From an uncultured Actinomycetes bacterium (GTDB lineage: Bacteria > Actinomycetota > UBA4738 > HRBIN12), in the NCBI GenBank assembly GCA_963704725.1, contig OY969934.1:800001-864000 (forward strand): a stretch of DNA of 64,000 nucleotides, in the 5' to 3' direction. The number at the start of each line of letters is the position of its first letter. Position 1 is the first letter of the stretch. Below, piece by piece: positions 19,690 to 29,519 of the stretch. The position numbers and the translations under genes were made by a program. The notes beneath the pieces were generated by a model, which did not search any database, was not told where the DNA came from, and saw only the letters and a program-made list of their open reading frames with translations.

Positions 19690-20157
19690 ATGGTCACACG
19701 TCTGGATCCGGACGTCCGCAAGGCGATGCTGCGGTTCGCCGCCGAGGAGGCAGGGCGGCGAGGTGATCGCCGCATCGGCACCGATCACCTGCTGCTCGGC
19801 CTGCTGCGTGATCGCGGCTCCCTCGCGGCGGAGGTCCTGGGCGTCGATCTCGACGCCGCGCGGGAGGCGTCGGCCGCGCTCGACCGGGCCGCGCTCGCCG
19901 CGGTCGGGATCGACGTCGGCGACCCGTCCCGGTCCACGCCCGTCCCCGCCCGACGCCACGCACCGCTCACGTCCGGGGCGAGAGCCGTCTTCATCGCGAG
20001 CGTGACCAAGGCACGCGCGGCCAAGGCCCGCCGGATCGAGGCGCGGTTCGTCCTGCTCGCCCTGCTGGAGCGGGAGCGCCCGGACCCGGCGGCCGAGCTG
20101 CTCGACGCGCTCGACGTCGACGTCGACGCGGTTCGCGCCCGGCTGTCGGCGGTCTGA
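19690..20157 (+). CDS. Stand-alone Clp protease N-terminal (Clp-N repeat) domain protein
   Basis: EEAGRRGDRRIGTDHLLLGLL; second repeat IEARFVLLALL. Confidence 0.85.
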   Translation: MVTRLDPDVRKAMLRFAAEEAGRRGDRRIGTDHLLLGLLRDRGSLAAEVLGVDLDAAREASAALDRAALAAVGIDVGDPSRSTPVPARRHAPLTSGARAVFIASVTKARAAKARRIEARFVLLALLERERPDPAAELLDALDVDVDAVRARLSAV

Positions 20158-20189
20158 TCCCGCCCTCCGGCGGCTGCGGGTCCGAGGCT

Positions 20190-20414
20190 TCAGCGTTCGA
20201 AGAGCGCGAGCGCGGCGCGGGCCGCCCGTTCGGAGGCGTAGACGTGCACGTGGGGGCGGCCGGACCTGCGGAGCTCGGCCGCGGTCACCACGGAGGTCTC
20301 CACGAGGACGACGTGGGGGAGCGCCTCGACCAGGGCCACGCCGGCGTGCGAGGTGACCCGGTGGCGGGCGCCCCCGACCGCGAGCACGTAGCGTCGGTCC
20401 GACACGGGTCCCAT
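20190..20414 (-). CDS. Small hypothetical protein
   Basis: ORF with plausible composition; no motif recognised. Confidence 0.4.
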   Translation of the reverse strand: MGPVSDRRYVLAVGGARHRVTSHAGVALVEALPHVVLVETSVVTAAELRRSGRPHVHVYASERAARAALALFER

Positions 20415-20539
20415 CGCGCCCCCAGTATCCGGCGGGCGCCGGGGCGCCACATCGGTCCCTCGTCCATGGTCCGGACACCAGGACCCCTCCGGATGGGGGA
20501 GGCCGTTCGACGACCCCGCCGCTCGTGGGCGGACGCGGC

Positions 20540-20794
20540 TCAGCCCTCGGCCGGGGCCTCGGGCAGGAGGTCGCGCAGGGTGTGCAACGCCGTTGCCAGG
20601 GCGTCCGATCGGGTCATCCCCTCGGCCGAGGCCCGGCCGACGGCACTGCCGACGAGGAACGCGGCGAGCGGCGTGACCCGGCGCTCGACCCGGTGTGCCA
20701 CGTCACGGGCCACGCCGAGGAGCGATCCCGTCTCCTGTGCCGAAAGCGGATCCTCGCCGAGCGCGGTGGCGAGCTCGTCGATCCAGCCGTCCAT
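20540..20794 (-). CDS. DUF6457-like small protein
   Basis: MDGWIDELA...LLGVARDVAHRVERRVTPLAAFLVG. Confidence 0.75.
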   Translation of the reverse strand: MDGWIDELATALGEDPLSAQETGSLLGVARDVAHRVERRVTPLAAFLVGSAVGRASAEGMTRSDALATALHTLRDLLPEAPAEG

Positions 20795-20883
20795 CCATCC
20801 TCCTTCCCGGCCTGCCTCACAACCCTACCGAGGTGTCGGTGAACCCACGACGGTCGGCGGCGTGTCGCCGGCGAGACGGACGT

Positions 20884-20913
20884 CGAAGGGGCGGCCCGAA
20901 GGCCGCCCCTTCG
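20884..20913 (-). terminator. Intrinsic terminator hairpin
   Basis: cgaaggggcggcc-cgaa-ggccgccccttcg just downstream of the gene ending at 20929. Confidence 0.7.
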
Positions 20914-20928
20914 CGGGTGCGACGAACC

Positions 20929-21951
20929 TCAGACCGCGGTGCGGATCCGCTGCGAAGGAACGGGCGTCTCGGCCTGCCCCGGAGCGCGCCGGCGAACGAA
21001 CAGCGCCCCGGCACCGCCGAGGGCCGCCACGATCCCCCCGAGGATGATCGTCCACACGATCGGGACGAAGGCCACCCCGCTGATCGTGTCGTAGTCGTCC
21101 AGGTGCGCGCGGAAGGTCTCCACGACGCCCGTGAACCGTCCCATCGCGTCGGGCATCGAGCCCATCGCGGCCGACATCGACGGGAGGTTGTCCTGGAGGA
21201 ACGAACCCAGTGCGGCCTCGTCCATGCCGAGCTGCCGGCCGAGCGCGGGCAGCATCTGCTCCTGCATCTGTGTCCCCATAGCTCCCACGACCGCGAGGCC
21301 CTGGTCCGCGCCCGCGATCAGCTCGGCCGTGTACACCGGCTTCAGGTGCTCGTTCATCGTGTCGGCGTCCGACGCCTTGCCCGGAAGCGACAGGGCCAGC
21401 GGGACGACGACCAGAAGCGCACCCACGACGATCGCCGCGACCGCGACGGACCGTCCCGGCCGAACGACGATCGTGATGCCGATCGCGAGCAGCGCCACCC
21501 CGGCGACCGCGAGGCCCCACGGGATCGTCGTCGCGGGCAGCGACGCGGTGGGGATCGCGTCGGCGGACGCGAACCGCTGCTGCTCCGCATCGAGCGTCCC
21601 GACGACTCCTCGGAAGCTCTCGATGATCGCGGGGAGCTGGTCGATCCCCGTGGCCACGTCCGGGAACTGCTCGCCCATGAAGCCGACGAACTCGTCGGGC
21701 GACATCCCCAGCGCCTCCGAGAGCATCGGCACCGCGACGCCCGAGAACTCCTCGGTCACGGCCTGGAGGCCGTCCAGGTCCTGGCCCAGCGCTCCGATCG
21801 GCGCGGGCTTCATGGCCGGCCGGAAGCCGTCGGCCATACGCTCGAAGGCCGGTCCCACCGAGAAGAGACCGTTCACGATCACCGATGCGATGAATGCCAC
21901 GCCCACCGCGGCGACCACCGTTCCCGCCGTCCTGCGTTGCCACGTCTGCAT
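20929..21951 (-). CDS. Membrane hypothetical protein with internally duplicated helical extracytoplasmic domains
   Basis: RBS GAGGGAGG; four TM helices; repeats PMLSEALGMS...FPDVA and PALGRQLGMD...LPSMS. Confidence 0.7.
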   Translation of the reverse strand: MQTWQRRTAGTVVAAVGVAFIASVIVNGLFSVGPAFERMADGFRPAMKPAPIGALGQDLDGLQAVTEEFSGVAVPMLSEALGMSPDEFVGFMGEQFPDVATGIDQLPAIIESFRGVVGTLDAEQQRFASADAIPTASLPATTIPWGLAVAGVALLAIGITIVVRPGRSVAVAAIVVGALLVVVPLALSLPGKASDADTMNEHLKPVYTAELIAGADQGLAVVGAMGTQMQEQMLPALGRQLGMDEAALGSFLQDNLPSMSAAMGSMPDAMGRFTGVVETFRAHLDDYDTISGVAFVPIVWTIILGGIVAALGGAGALFVRRRAPGQAETPVPSQRIRTAV

Positions 21952-22028
21952 GTGCCCTCCCCTCGACGCCGAGCGCGCGAAAGCCGCTCGGTGGGACCAA
22001 GCCTCCGTCGGGCGGGGGGTGCGACGGA

Positions 22029-22091
22029 GGGTCGAACGGCCGCGCTCCGGGGGGGCTTCATGCCCGGCCCCGCCGGTGGGGTCGAACGGCC
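22029..22091. promoter_or_regulatory. 13-bp direct repeat resembling DosR/NarL-type operators
   Basis: gggtcgaacggcc at 22029-22041 and 22079-22091; related gggaccaa at ~21993. Confidence 0.5.
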
Positions 22092-22203
22092 CCCCGCGAG
22101 AGTCCGGGCCGGCACCCCTGGCCGGCGACCTCGTGCTCGGCGTAACGCGATCGGTCCGGTCGAGACAGAATCGCGGACGCGGCTCGGGAGACGAGGGAGG
22201 CCG

Positions 22204-24075
22204 ATGAGCACGACGCCGATCGCCGACTACGCGCTGATCTCCGACTGCCATTCGGCGGCGCTCGTGAGTCGCCTCGGGTCCGTCGACTGGCTGTGCCGGC
22301 CGCGATTCGACAGCCCCGCGCTGTTCGCGCGGATCCTCGACCGGGACGCCGGGCACTTCTCGATCACCCCGACCGGCGGATCCACGGCGACGCGGCGATA
22401 CCTCGAGCGCACCATGGTGCTCGAGACCACGTTCCGGACGGAGACGGGCGTCGCCGTGCTCGTCGACGCCATGGCGCTGGATCCGACGGAGCACGGCCAC
22501 GACCTCGGGGCGGGCGCCCCGCGCGCGCTCCTGCGCAGGATCGAGTGCACCGAGGGTCGAGTGGACGTCGAGTGCGAGTTCGCGCCGCGACCGGAGTACG
22601 GGCTGGTGGCGCCGCTCCTGCTCGCGACCGGGCACGGCGTCGCCAGTCGGGGGGGCGCCGTCCGATCGCTCCTGTCGAGCGACCGGCCGGCCACGATCGA
22701 CGGCGCGACGGCGCGGTTCTCGTTCGTCCTGCACCAGGGCGAGGCGGCCGCGTTCGCCCTCCAGTCGGGGACGTCGTCCGATCCGGACGGGCCGGTCGGG
22801 TGGACCGCGGCCGAGATCTCGACGGGCATCGAGGGGACGATCGCCGCGTGGCGGACGTGGTCGAGCGTCCATCAGGCGTACGAGGGTCCGTGGGAGGACC
22901 TCGTCTACCACTCCGGCCGGGTATTGCAGGCGCTGATGTACCAGCCGACCGGCGCCATCGTGGCCGCCCCGACCACGTCGCTGCCCGAGGAGATCGGCGG
23001 CGAACGCAACTGGGACTACCGCTACGCGTGGATCCGTGACGCCTCGTTCACGCTCGACGCCCTGTGGGTGGCGGCGTGCCCGGACGAGGCGCACAAGTTC
23101 TTCTCCTGGATGACGAGCGCGGTGGCGACGCAGCTCGGGGCCGGTGGAGACCTGCAGATCATGTTCGGGATCGGCGGCGAGCACGACCTCTCCGAGCGCA
23201 TCCTCCCGCACCTGTCCGGATGGCGGGACAGCCGACCGGTTCGGGTGGGCAACGGCGCGTGGGATCAGCGCCAGCTCGACGTGTACGGGGAGCTGCTCGA
23301 CGCGGCGTACCGGCTCCGGGACCGGCTCTCGGAGATCGACGAGGCCACGCGGGCCTTCCTCGTCCAGGTCGCCGACGCCGCCGCGGCCCGGTGGCAGGAG
23401 CGGGACCAGGGCATCTGGGAGGTGCGCGGCGAGCCACGCGACTTCCTGTACTCCAAGCTCATGTGCTGGGTCGCCCTCGACCGGGCGATCGCGATGGCCG
23501 CGCTCATCGGCGGCGAGCATCGGGTCCGGGAGTGGACCAGGACCCGCGACGCGATCCGAACGGCGATCCTCGAGCGCGGGTGGTCGGACGAGGTGAACGC
23601 CTTCACGCAGTCCTTCGGCGGAGCCGAGCTCGACGCTTCCAACCTCATGATGGCCATCGTGGGGTTCCTGCCCGCCGACGACCCCCGAATGCTCGCCACG
23701 ATCGAGGCGATCGAGCGCGACCTCACCGACGATCGGGGCCTCGTGTACCGATACCGTGCCGAGGAGGGAGTGGACGGGCTGGAGGGAACGGAGGGCACGT
23801 TCCTCCTGTGCACCTTCTGGCTGGCCGAGGCGCTGGCCCGCGCCGGGAGGCTCGAGCGCGCCGCCGCGGTCTTCGAGCGCGCCGCCGCGTTCGCCAACGA
23901 CGTCGGCCTGCTGGCCGAGGAGGTCGACGAGGAGACCGGCGAGCTGCTCGGGAACTTCCCTCAGGCGTTCAGCCACATCGGCCTGATCAACGCGGCGTGG
24001 GCCATCGCGCAGGCGGGATCGACCGGGGCGCCGGAGGCGATCGAGCGGCCGACCGAGGCCGCCGAACGGGCTTGA
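22204..24075 (+). CDS. Glycoside hydrolase family 15 (trehalase/glucoamylase-like)
   Basis: PIADYALISDC, AAPTTSLPE, RNWDYRYAWIRD, QLDVYGE, GIWEVR, LLAEE, GNFPQAFSH. Confidence 0.93.
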   Translation: MSTTPIADYALISDCHSAALVSRLGSVDWLCRPRFDSPALFARILDRDAGHFSITPTGGSTATRRYLERTMVLETTFRTETGVAVLVDAMALDPTEHGHDLGAGAPRALLRRIECTEGRVDVECEFAPRPEYGLVAPLLLATGHGVASRGGAVRSLLSSDRPATIDGATARFSFVLHQGEAAAFALQSGTSSDPDGPVGWTAAEISTGIEGTIAAWRTWSSVHQAYEGPWEDLVYHSGRVLQALMYQPTGAIVAAPTTSLPEEIGGERNWDYRYAWIRDASFTLDALWVAACPDEAHKFFSWMTSAVATQLGAGGDLQIMFGIGGEHDLSERILPHLSGWRDSRPVRVGNGAWDQRQLDVYGELLDAAYRLRDRLSEIDEATRAFLVQVADAAAARWQERDQGIWEVRGEPRDFLYSKLMCWVALDRAIAMAALIGGEHRVREWTRTRDAIRTAILERGWSDEVNAFTQSFGGAELDASNLMMAIVGFLPADDPRMLATIEAIERDLTDDRGLVYRYRAEEGVDGLEGTEGTFLLCTFWLAEALARAGRLERAAAVFERAAAFANDVGLLAEEVDEETGELLGNFPQAFSHIGLINAAWAIAQAGSTGAPEAIERPTEAAERA

Positions 24076-24076
24076 C

Positions 24077-25189
24077 ATGAAGGCCATCGTGGTCCATCCG
24101 GGGAAGGCGGGTACGGCGCACCTGGCCGACGTTCCCGAGCCCGGCCTGGACGACGTCGAGGGCGGACGCGGGGTGCTGGTGCGCGTCGTCCGCGTCGGCC
24201 TGGACGGCACGGACAAGGAGATCGACGGGGGCGAGTACGGCGCGCCGCCGCCCGGCTCCGACGTCCTGGTGCTGGGGCACGAGAGCCTCGGCGTCGTCGA
24301 GCGGGTGGGCCCGGCGGTGACCGAGCTCTCGCCCGGCGACCTGGTGGTGGCGCGCGTCCGCCGGGCCGGCTCCAGCGTGTACGACGACATCGACATGCCG
24401 GACATGACCACCGACGACGAGTACCTGGAGCACGGCATCAGCCGTGTGCACGGCTTCCTGACCGAACGCTACGTGGAGGAGCCTCGGTACCTGATCCGGG
24501 TGCCGCGGGGGCTCGCCGACGTCGCGGTCCTGCTCGAACCCACGAGCATCGTGGAGAAGGGGATCGCGCAGGCCTACGAGGTGCAGCGGCGTCTCAAGGT
24601 GTGGACCCCTCGGCGTGCCGCCGTGCTCGGTGCCGGAACGATCGGGCTGCTGGCGACGATGGCCCTTCGCACCCGAGGTCTCGAAGTCGTGACCCTGGGC
24701 CTCGATCCGGCCCCGTACCTGAACTCCGACCTCGTCGAGGCGCTCGGCGCGAGCTACGTGTCGACGAAGGACCGCACGATCGCCGACGTCGCCGAGGAGC
24801 ACGGCCGCTTCGACCTGATCTTCGAGGCGACGGGGTTCTCGCCGCTCGTGTTCGAGGCGATGTGTGTGCTGCTCGGCAAGAACGGCGTGATCGTGCTGTC
24901 CAGCGTCACGGGCGGCATGAAGCGAGTGGAGGTCCCATCCGACGCCATCAACCTGGACTTCGTGCTCGGGAACAAGGCGATGATCGGGACGGTGAACGCC
25001 AACCGCGAGCACTTCGAGGCCGGGGTCCGGGACCTGGCCATCGCGCAGGCCGAGTTCCCGGGCTGGCTTCCGCGCCTCCTGACCCATCCCGTGCAGGGCC
25101 TCGACCAGGGCACGGCGGCGCTGGGTCTCCTCGGGTCGCCCGGCGCGATCAAGGTGTTCGTGGAGGTCGCACCGCTGGACGCCTCGTGA
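24077..25189 (+). CDS. Glucose 1-dehydrogenase (Zn-dependent MDR, archaeal-type)
   Basis: GLDGTD, LGHESLG, VRR, EPTSIVEK, GAGTIG, GTVNAN; adjacent to GH15. Confidence 0.85.
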   Translation: MKAIVVHPGKAGTAHLADVPEPGLDDVEGGRGVLVRVVRVGLDGTDKEIDGGEYGAPPPGSDVLVLGHESLGVVERVGPAVTELSPGDLVVARVRRAGSSVYDDIDMPDMTTDDEYLEHGISRVHGFLTERYVEEPRYLIRVPRGLADVAVLLEPTSIVEKGIAQAYEVQRRLKVWTPRRAAVLGAGTIGLLATMALRTRGLEVVTLGLDPAPYLNSDLVEALGASYVSTKDRTIADVAEEHGRFDLIFEATGFSPLVFEAMCVLLGKNGVIVLSSVTGGMKRVEVPSDAINLDFVLGNKAMIGTVNANREHFEAGVRDLAIAQAEFPGWLPRLLTHPVQGLDQGTAALGLLGSPGAIKVFVEVAPLDAS

Positions 25190-25321
25190 GCCTTCGGCGA
25201 CCGATGAGATCCGCCATCTCGTGCCGTCTCATCAGGAGCCACAGGAGTGGATGTCGTCGGAGCGGGGGACACTCTCCCCGTGCCGTCCGGCACGGGATCG
25301 ACGGGAGAAGGAGGGAGCGAG

Positions 25322-25675
25322 ATGAACCTGAACAGCATCTTGATCGGGTCCGAGGACCCGAAGGCACTCGCGGAGTACTACACCAAGCTCTTCGGCGAGC
25401 CCGGCTGGGACGACGGCGGCTACACGGGCTGGCAGATCGGCGCGGGAGCGATCATGGTCGGGCCGCACGACCAGGTGAAGGGCAAGAACGCGCAGCCCGG
25501 CCGGGTGATCTGGAACATCGAGTCCTCGGACGTGGCGGGCGACTTCGAGAAGTTCAAGGCCGCGGGGGCGACCGTGGTCCGGGAGCCGTACAAGCCGGAC
25601 GCCAACGCCGAGATGCTCATCGCCACGTTCGCCGACCCGGACGACAACTACTTCCAGCTCGCCAGCCCGATGTAG
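25322..25675 (+). CDS. VOC/glyoxalase family protein
   Basis: RBS GGAGG; LAEYYTKLFG ... GATVVREP ... FADPDDNYFQL. Confidence 0.85.
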   Translation: MNLNSILIGSEDPKALAEYYTKLFGEPGWDDGGYTGWQIGAGAIMVGPHDQVKGKNAQPGRVIWNIESSDVAGDFEKFKAAGATVVREPYKPDANAEMLIATFADPDDNYFQLASPM

Positions 25676-25799
25676 CGGTCGTCACGGCGACCGGAACAGG
25701 GTGAGCGGCGACGAGCTCGAGGCCGAGCACGTCTCGGTACAGATGCACGGCCGCCTCGTAGTCGTCCAGGACGAACGCGAACCGGAGCTCCCGAGCCAT
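25617..25799 (-). pseudogene. N-terminal fragment of a second VOC/glyoxalase gene
   Basis: MARELRFAFVLDDYEAAVHLYRDVLGLE is a VOC first motif; similarity is lost after ~30 aa. Confidence 0.5.
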
Positions 25800-25927
25800 C
25801 GGCATGTCGTCGGCACGATAGTCGACCGGCCGCGAGCCGGCCGGTTCAGGCGCCGTCGAGGAATGGCATCGCGGCGGTCGCGAGCGCCGGCGTGACGTTG
25901 ATGTCGTCTGGTCTCGCGACGCGGAGG

Positions 25928-26686
25928 CTACTCGCCGATGCCGGTGAGCCGGAGCCGGCGGATCCGGCGCACCGCGAGCAGGAGGAACACGACGGTGAGC
26001 AGGGCGAGCCGCGCGACGGCGCTGCCTCCGGTGGGCATGCCGGCGCGCTCGAGATCGGCGGCGCTCGGACCGAGTCCCGCGTAGACCATCGTGGCCAGCC
26101 ACTGCGGCGACAGCTGTGCGACGCCGGTGAGCACGGCGCCGAGGAGACGCTCGCCGAGCAGCACGATCGCGAGCGACCACCACGCGGCCCGCCGGAAGGC
26201 GGAGCCGATGAGCACGAACAGCGCCAGGTAGGCGGCGGTCCCGGCGACGGCCGAGAGCGCGATGGGTCCTACGGCCTCGGGCGCGCCGGCGATGGCCGCC
26301 GACAGCCCGAAGGCCGGGACCAGGGCGGCGGCGGCCACGAGCCAGCCGGCCGACCAACGGGCCAGGACGATCGTGGAGAAGCGCACGGGCGACAGCCACG
26401 TGAGGCCGAACGTCCCGGCCCGCACCTCCGCGCCCAGCACGGCGTCGCCGACGACCAGGCAGGCCAGGGGCAGGATCAGCCCGAAGTGCGCGCCGCTGAT
26501 GTCGTTGAACCGCAGGGCGGGCGAGGGCTCGTCGACGGTGCGGGCGAGGAGACCGAAGAGCAGGGCGCCCACGCACGGCAGCGCCAGCAGCGCGGCCCGC
26601 TTGGGCGGCACGCAGATCCGCACCGCGTACCCGAAGGCGGCGACGAAGGGCCGGGGGAGGGCGCGCCCGGCCACGGGAGCGGTCAC
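25928..26686 (-). CDS. ABC-2 type transporter permease
   Basis: Multi-TM; EVRAGTFGLTWLSPV motif; coupled to the ATPase gene. Confidence 0.85.
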   Translation of the reverse strand: MTAPVAGRALPRPFVAAFGYAVRICVPPKRAALLALPCVGALLFGLLARTVDEPSPALRFNDISGAHFGLILPLACLVVGDAVLGAEVRAGTFGLTWLSPVRFSTIVLARWSAGWLVAAAALVPAFGLSAAIAGAPEAVGPIALSAVAGTAAYLALFVLIGSAFRRAAWWSLAIVLLGERLLGAVLTGVAQLSPQWLATMVYAGLGPSAADLERAGMPTGGSAVARLALLTVVFLLLAVRRIRRLRLTGIGE

Positions 26687-27642
26687 CGGACCAGCTCCCG
26701 GAAGGCCGACTCCAGCGAGTCGTCGAGCGGGCGCACCTCGAGGAGGCGGACGCCGGCCCGCCGGGCCAGCCCCGGCAGCGCATGGGCCAGATCGAGGGCG
26801 CGCAGCGACGAGACGACGACGTCGCCACCGTCGATGCCGACGCCGCTCACCGCCTCGATCCCCACGAGGGAGGCGGCCAGGCGGCGGGGATCCGACGAGC
26901 GCAGGAGCACCCGCCGGGGGCGGTCGGCGATCGCGCTCCGGATGGCGTGATGATCGCCGGCCGCGGCGAGCCGGCCGCGCACGAGCACGATCTGGCGGCG
27001 GGCCAGGCGTTCGACCTCGTGCAGGATGTGGGAGCTGACGATCACCGTGCGACCCTCGCCGCCCAGGCGGTGGAAGAGCTCGATGAGCGCCACGCGCTGG
27101 ACGGGGTCGGCGCCGTTGAGGGGCTCGTCGAGCACGAGGATGGTGGGGTCGCTCACGAGGGCGGCCGCGACCCTCGCGCGCTGCCGCATCCCCTTGCTGA
27201 ACCCGCCGACCTTGCGATCGGCCGCATCGAGGAGGTCGACGGCCGCCAGCGCTCGCTCGGGCGCGGCGCGATCGCGCACCCCGTGGAGCGCGGCGGCGTA
27301 GCGAACCAGCTGCCGGGCCGAGATCACGCCGGGGCTGGCGTCCTCCTCCGGGACCAGGGCCAGGGCGCTCTGGGCCTCCCGCTGGGTCCGGGGATCGAGC
27401 CCATCGACCCGCACGGTGCCGACGTTGAGTGGCAGCATCCCGCAGATGGCCCGCATGAGCGTCGTCTTGCCCGCGCCGTTCGGGCCGAGCAGGCCCGTCA
27501 CGCCGGGACCGAAGGAGCAGGACACCTCGTTGAGCGCGACGTTGGGCCCGAACCACACCGACGCGTCGCCGACGACGACGGTCGCGTCGGCCGCGTAGGC
27601 GGGGTCGTCCGGGGCCGAGGGCGGTGGAGGAAGGGCGCTCAC
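26683..27642 (-). CDS. ABC transporter ATP-binding protein
   Basis: GPNGAGKT, FSKGMRQ, LDEP, SSH. Confidence 0.92.
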   Translation of the reverse strand: MSALPPPPSAPDDPAYAADATVVVGDASVWFGPNVALNEVSCSFGPGVTGLLGPNGAGKTTLMRAICGMLPLNVGTVRVDGLDPRTQREAQSALALVPEEDASPGVISARQLVRYAAALHGVRDRAAPERALAAVDLLDAADRKVGGFSKGMRQRARVAAALVSDPTILVLDEPLNGADPVQRVALIELFHRLGGEGRTVIVSSHILHEVERLARRQIVLVRGRLAAAGDHHAIRSAIADRPRRVLLRSSDPRRLAASLVGIEAVSGVGIDGGDVVVSSLRALDLAHALPGLARRAGVRLLEVRPLDDSLESAFRELVR

Positions 27643-28565
27643 TGGACCCGCCGGTACCGGTAGACGAGGTAGCCGAGGGAGCCGGCGACGACGGCGACGT
27701 AGGCCAGGCCCACGCCGATCCCGGCCCCTTCGGCCCCGCCGACGAGCGACGTGGGATCGACGTGGCCGAGGAAGACGAGGTCGCTGATCCGCAGCGGGAG
27801 GTCGATCGCGCTGAGGAGCCCCCACAGGCTGCCGTTGTTGAAGAGGCGCTCGGTGTCGACGCCGCCGGCGGAGGCGGAGACGAGGATCGATGACACCGCC
27901 CCCGACACGAGGACGGTGGCGAGCAGCGTCACGCCGCCGACGACCCGGCGCGTGGTCGTCGCCGAGATGGCCAGGGCCAGGGATGCCCAGTACAGGGAGA
28001 ACAGCGCGACGGCCGCCGGCACCTGCCACAGGACCTCGGCGTTCTGGGTGAGGAAGTCGAGCGGACCCTCCTTGACCACGAGCATCTGGCCGACGAACAG
28101 CACGACCTGGGGCAGGAAGCTGAAGCCGAACAGGATGGCGGTGAGGGCCCCGACCTTGGCGAGCACGTAGTCGGCCCCCGTGAGCGGGCGGGCGAAGATC
28201 AGCGGCAGGACGCGGTTGCGGCGGTCGGGGCACACCGAGTCCGGTGCCGTGATCGCCACGAAGAGCAGCAGCGTGGTGGACACGCCCACGTACTCGCGGA
28301 AGGTGATCAGGTTGAAGTCGGAGGCCGGCGTGTTCCGGGTGACGTACTTCACGCCGACGTTCACCACGGCCGGGATCGCGGCGATCGCGAGCAGCGACCA
28401 CGGCAGGACCTTCTGGCGCCACGACCGGCGCAGGCCGAGGGCTCGGCGGATCGAGAGTCGCACGAGGGCGGCGCGGGCGGCGCCCCGGCCTCCCAGCTCG
28501 CCCTCGTAGGGCCGGTAGCCACGGTCGTAGACGGCGCCGGTGGGAGGCAGCAGCGACGAGCTCAT
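27639..28565 (-). CDS. ABC-2 type transporter permease
   Basis: YDRGYRPYEG N-terminus; DRRNRVLPLIFARPL...DYVLAK. Confidence 0.85.
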   Translation of the reverse strand: MSSSLLPPTGAVYDRGYRPYEGELGGRGAARAALVRLSIRRALGLRRSWRQKVLPWSLLAIAAIPAVVNVGVKYVTRNTPASDFNLITFREYVGVSTTLLLFVAITAPDSVCPDRRNRVLPLIFARPLTGADYVLAKVGALTAILFGFSFLPQVVLFVGQMLVVKEGPLDFLTQNAEVLWQVPAAVALFSLYWASLALAISATTTRRVVGGVTLLATVLVSGAVSSILVSASAGGVDTERLFNNGSLWGLLSAIDLPLRISDLVFLGHVDPTSLVGGAEGAGIGVGLAYVAVVAGSLGYLVYRYRRVQ

Positions 28566-29479
28566 TGGGGTTGATCCACGAACAGCTCGTCGAGGGAGGT
28601 GCGCCGCGTGGTCAGCGCATGCAGGGCGAGGCCGAGGTCGTCCGCCCCGTCGCGGATGAGGTCGAGGACGTGACCGCCCTCGCCGTCGACCCGCACGTCG
28701 AGCGTCGCGTCGTCGACCACGGTGACGGCGACGCCGGCGGTGCCGAGGAGCTCGGCCAGGCGCGCCGCGCCGTCGTTCACCTCGACCCGCACGGCGCCGG
28801 TGCGGTGGAGGAGGGCGTCGGTGGCGCCGGCATGGCGCAGCTTCCCGCCGTCGATCATGACGACCTGGTCGCACACGAGCTGCACGTCGTCGAGGAGGTG
28901 GGTGGCCACGAGCGCCGAGATGCCGAAGCCGGAGAGCCGGCCCACGAGGGCGAGCATCTCCTCGCGGCCGATCGGGTCGAGGCCGGCGGTGGGCTCGTCG
29001 AGCAGCACCACCTCCGGGTCGGCGACGATGGCCTGGGCCAGCTTCGTGCGCTGACGCATACCGGTGGAGAAGCCGCCGATCGGCCGGAACCGAGCCTCGT
29101 CCAGGCCGACGAGATCGAGCACCTCCGAGGCGCGCTGGCGGGCGGCGCGAGGCGGCAGTCCGGCCAGCTCGCCGAGGGAGGCGACGACGTCGGCCGCGGT
29201 CTGGTCGGGAGGGAGGCAGTCGTGCTCGGGCATGAAGCCGATGTGCGACCGCACCCCGATCGGATCCTCGGCCACGGCCCGCCCCACGACCTCGATCGTG
29301 CCCGCGGTGGGGCGCAGCTGGCCGAGCGCCAGGCGCAGCAGCGTCGTCTTGCCGGCGCCGTTGGCCCCGACCAACCCGACGGAGCCGCGGGGGACGTCGA
29401 CGGTCAGCGCATCGAGCGCGAGGGTGCCGCCCGGGTATCGGAGCGAGAGCCCCTGGGTGCGAAGCAGATCGTCGGCCAT
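28562..29479 (-). CDS. ABC transporter ATP-binding protein
   Basis: GANGAGKT, FSTGMRQ, LDEPTAGLDP. Confidence 0.92.
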   Translation of the reverse strand: MADDLLRTQGLSLRYPGGTLALDALTVDVPRGSVGLVGANGAGKTTLLRLALGQLRPTAGTIEVVGRAVAEDPIGVRSHIGFMPEHDCLPPDQTAADVVASLGELAGLPPRAARQRASEVLDLVGLDEARFRPIGGFSTGMRQRTKLAQAIVADPEVVLLDEPTAGLDPIGREEMLALVGRLSGFGISALVATHLLDDVQLVCDQVVMIDGGKLRHAGATDALLHRTGAVRVEVNDGAARLAELLGTAGVAVTVVDDATLDVRVDGEGGHVLDLIRDGADDLGLALHALTTRRTSLDELFVDQPQ

Positions 29480-29519
29480 GTCGGTAATCCCGGGTGATGC
29501 TACACGTGCGTTCCGGAGC

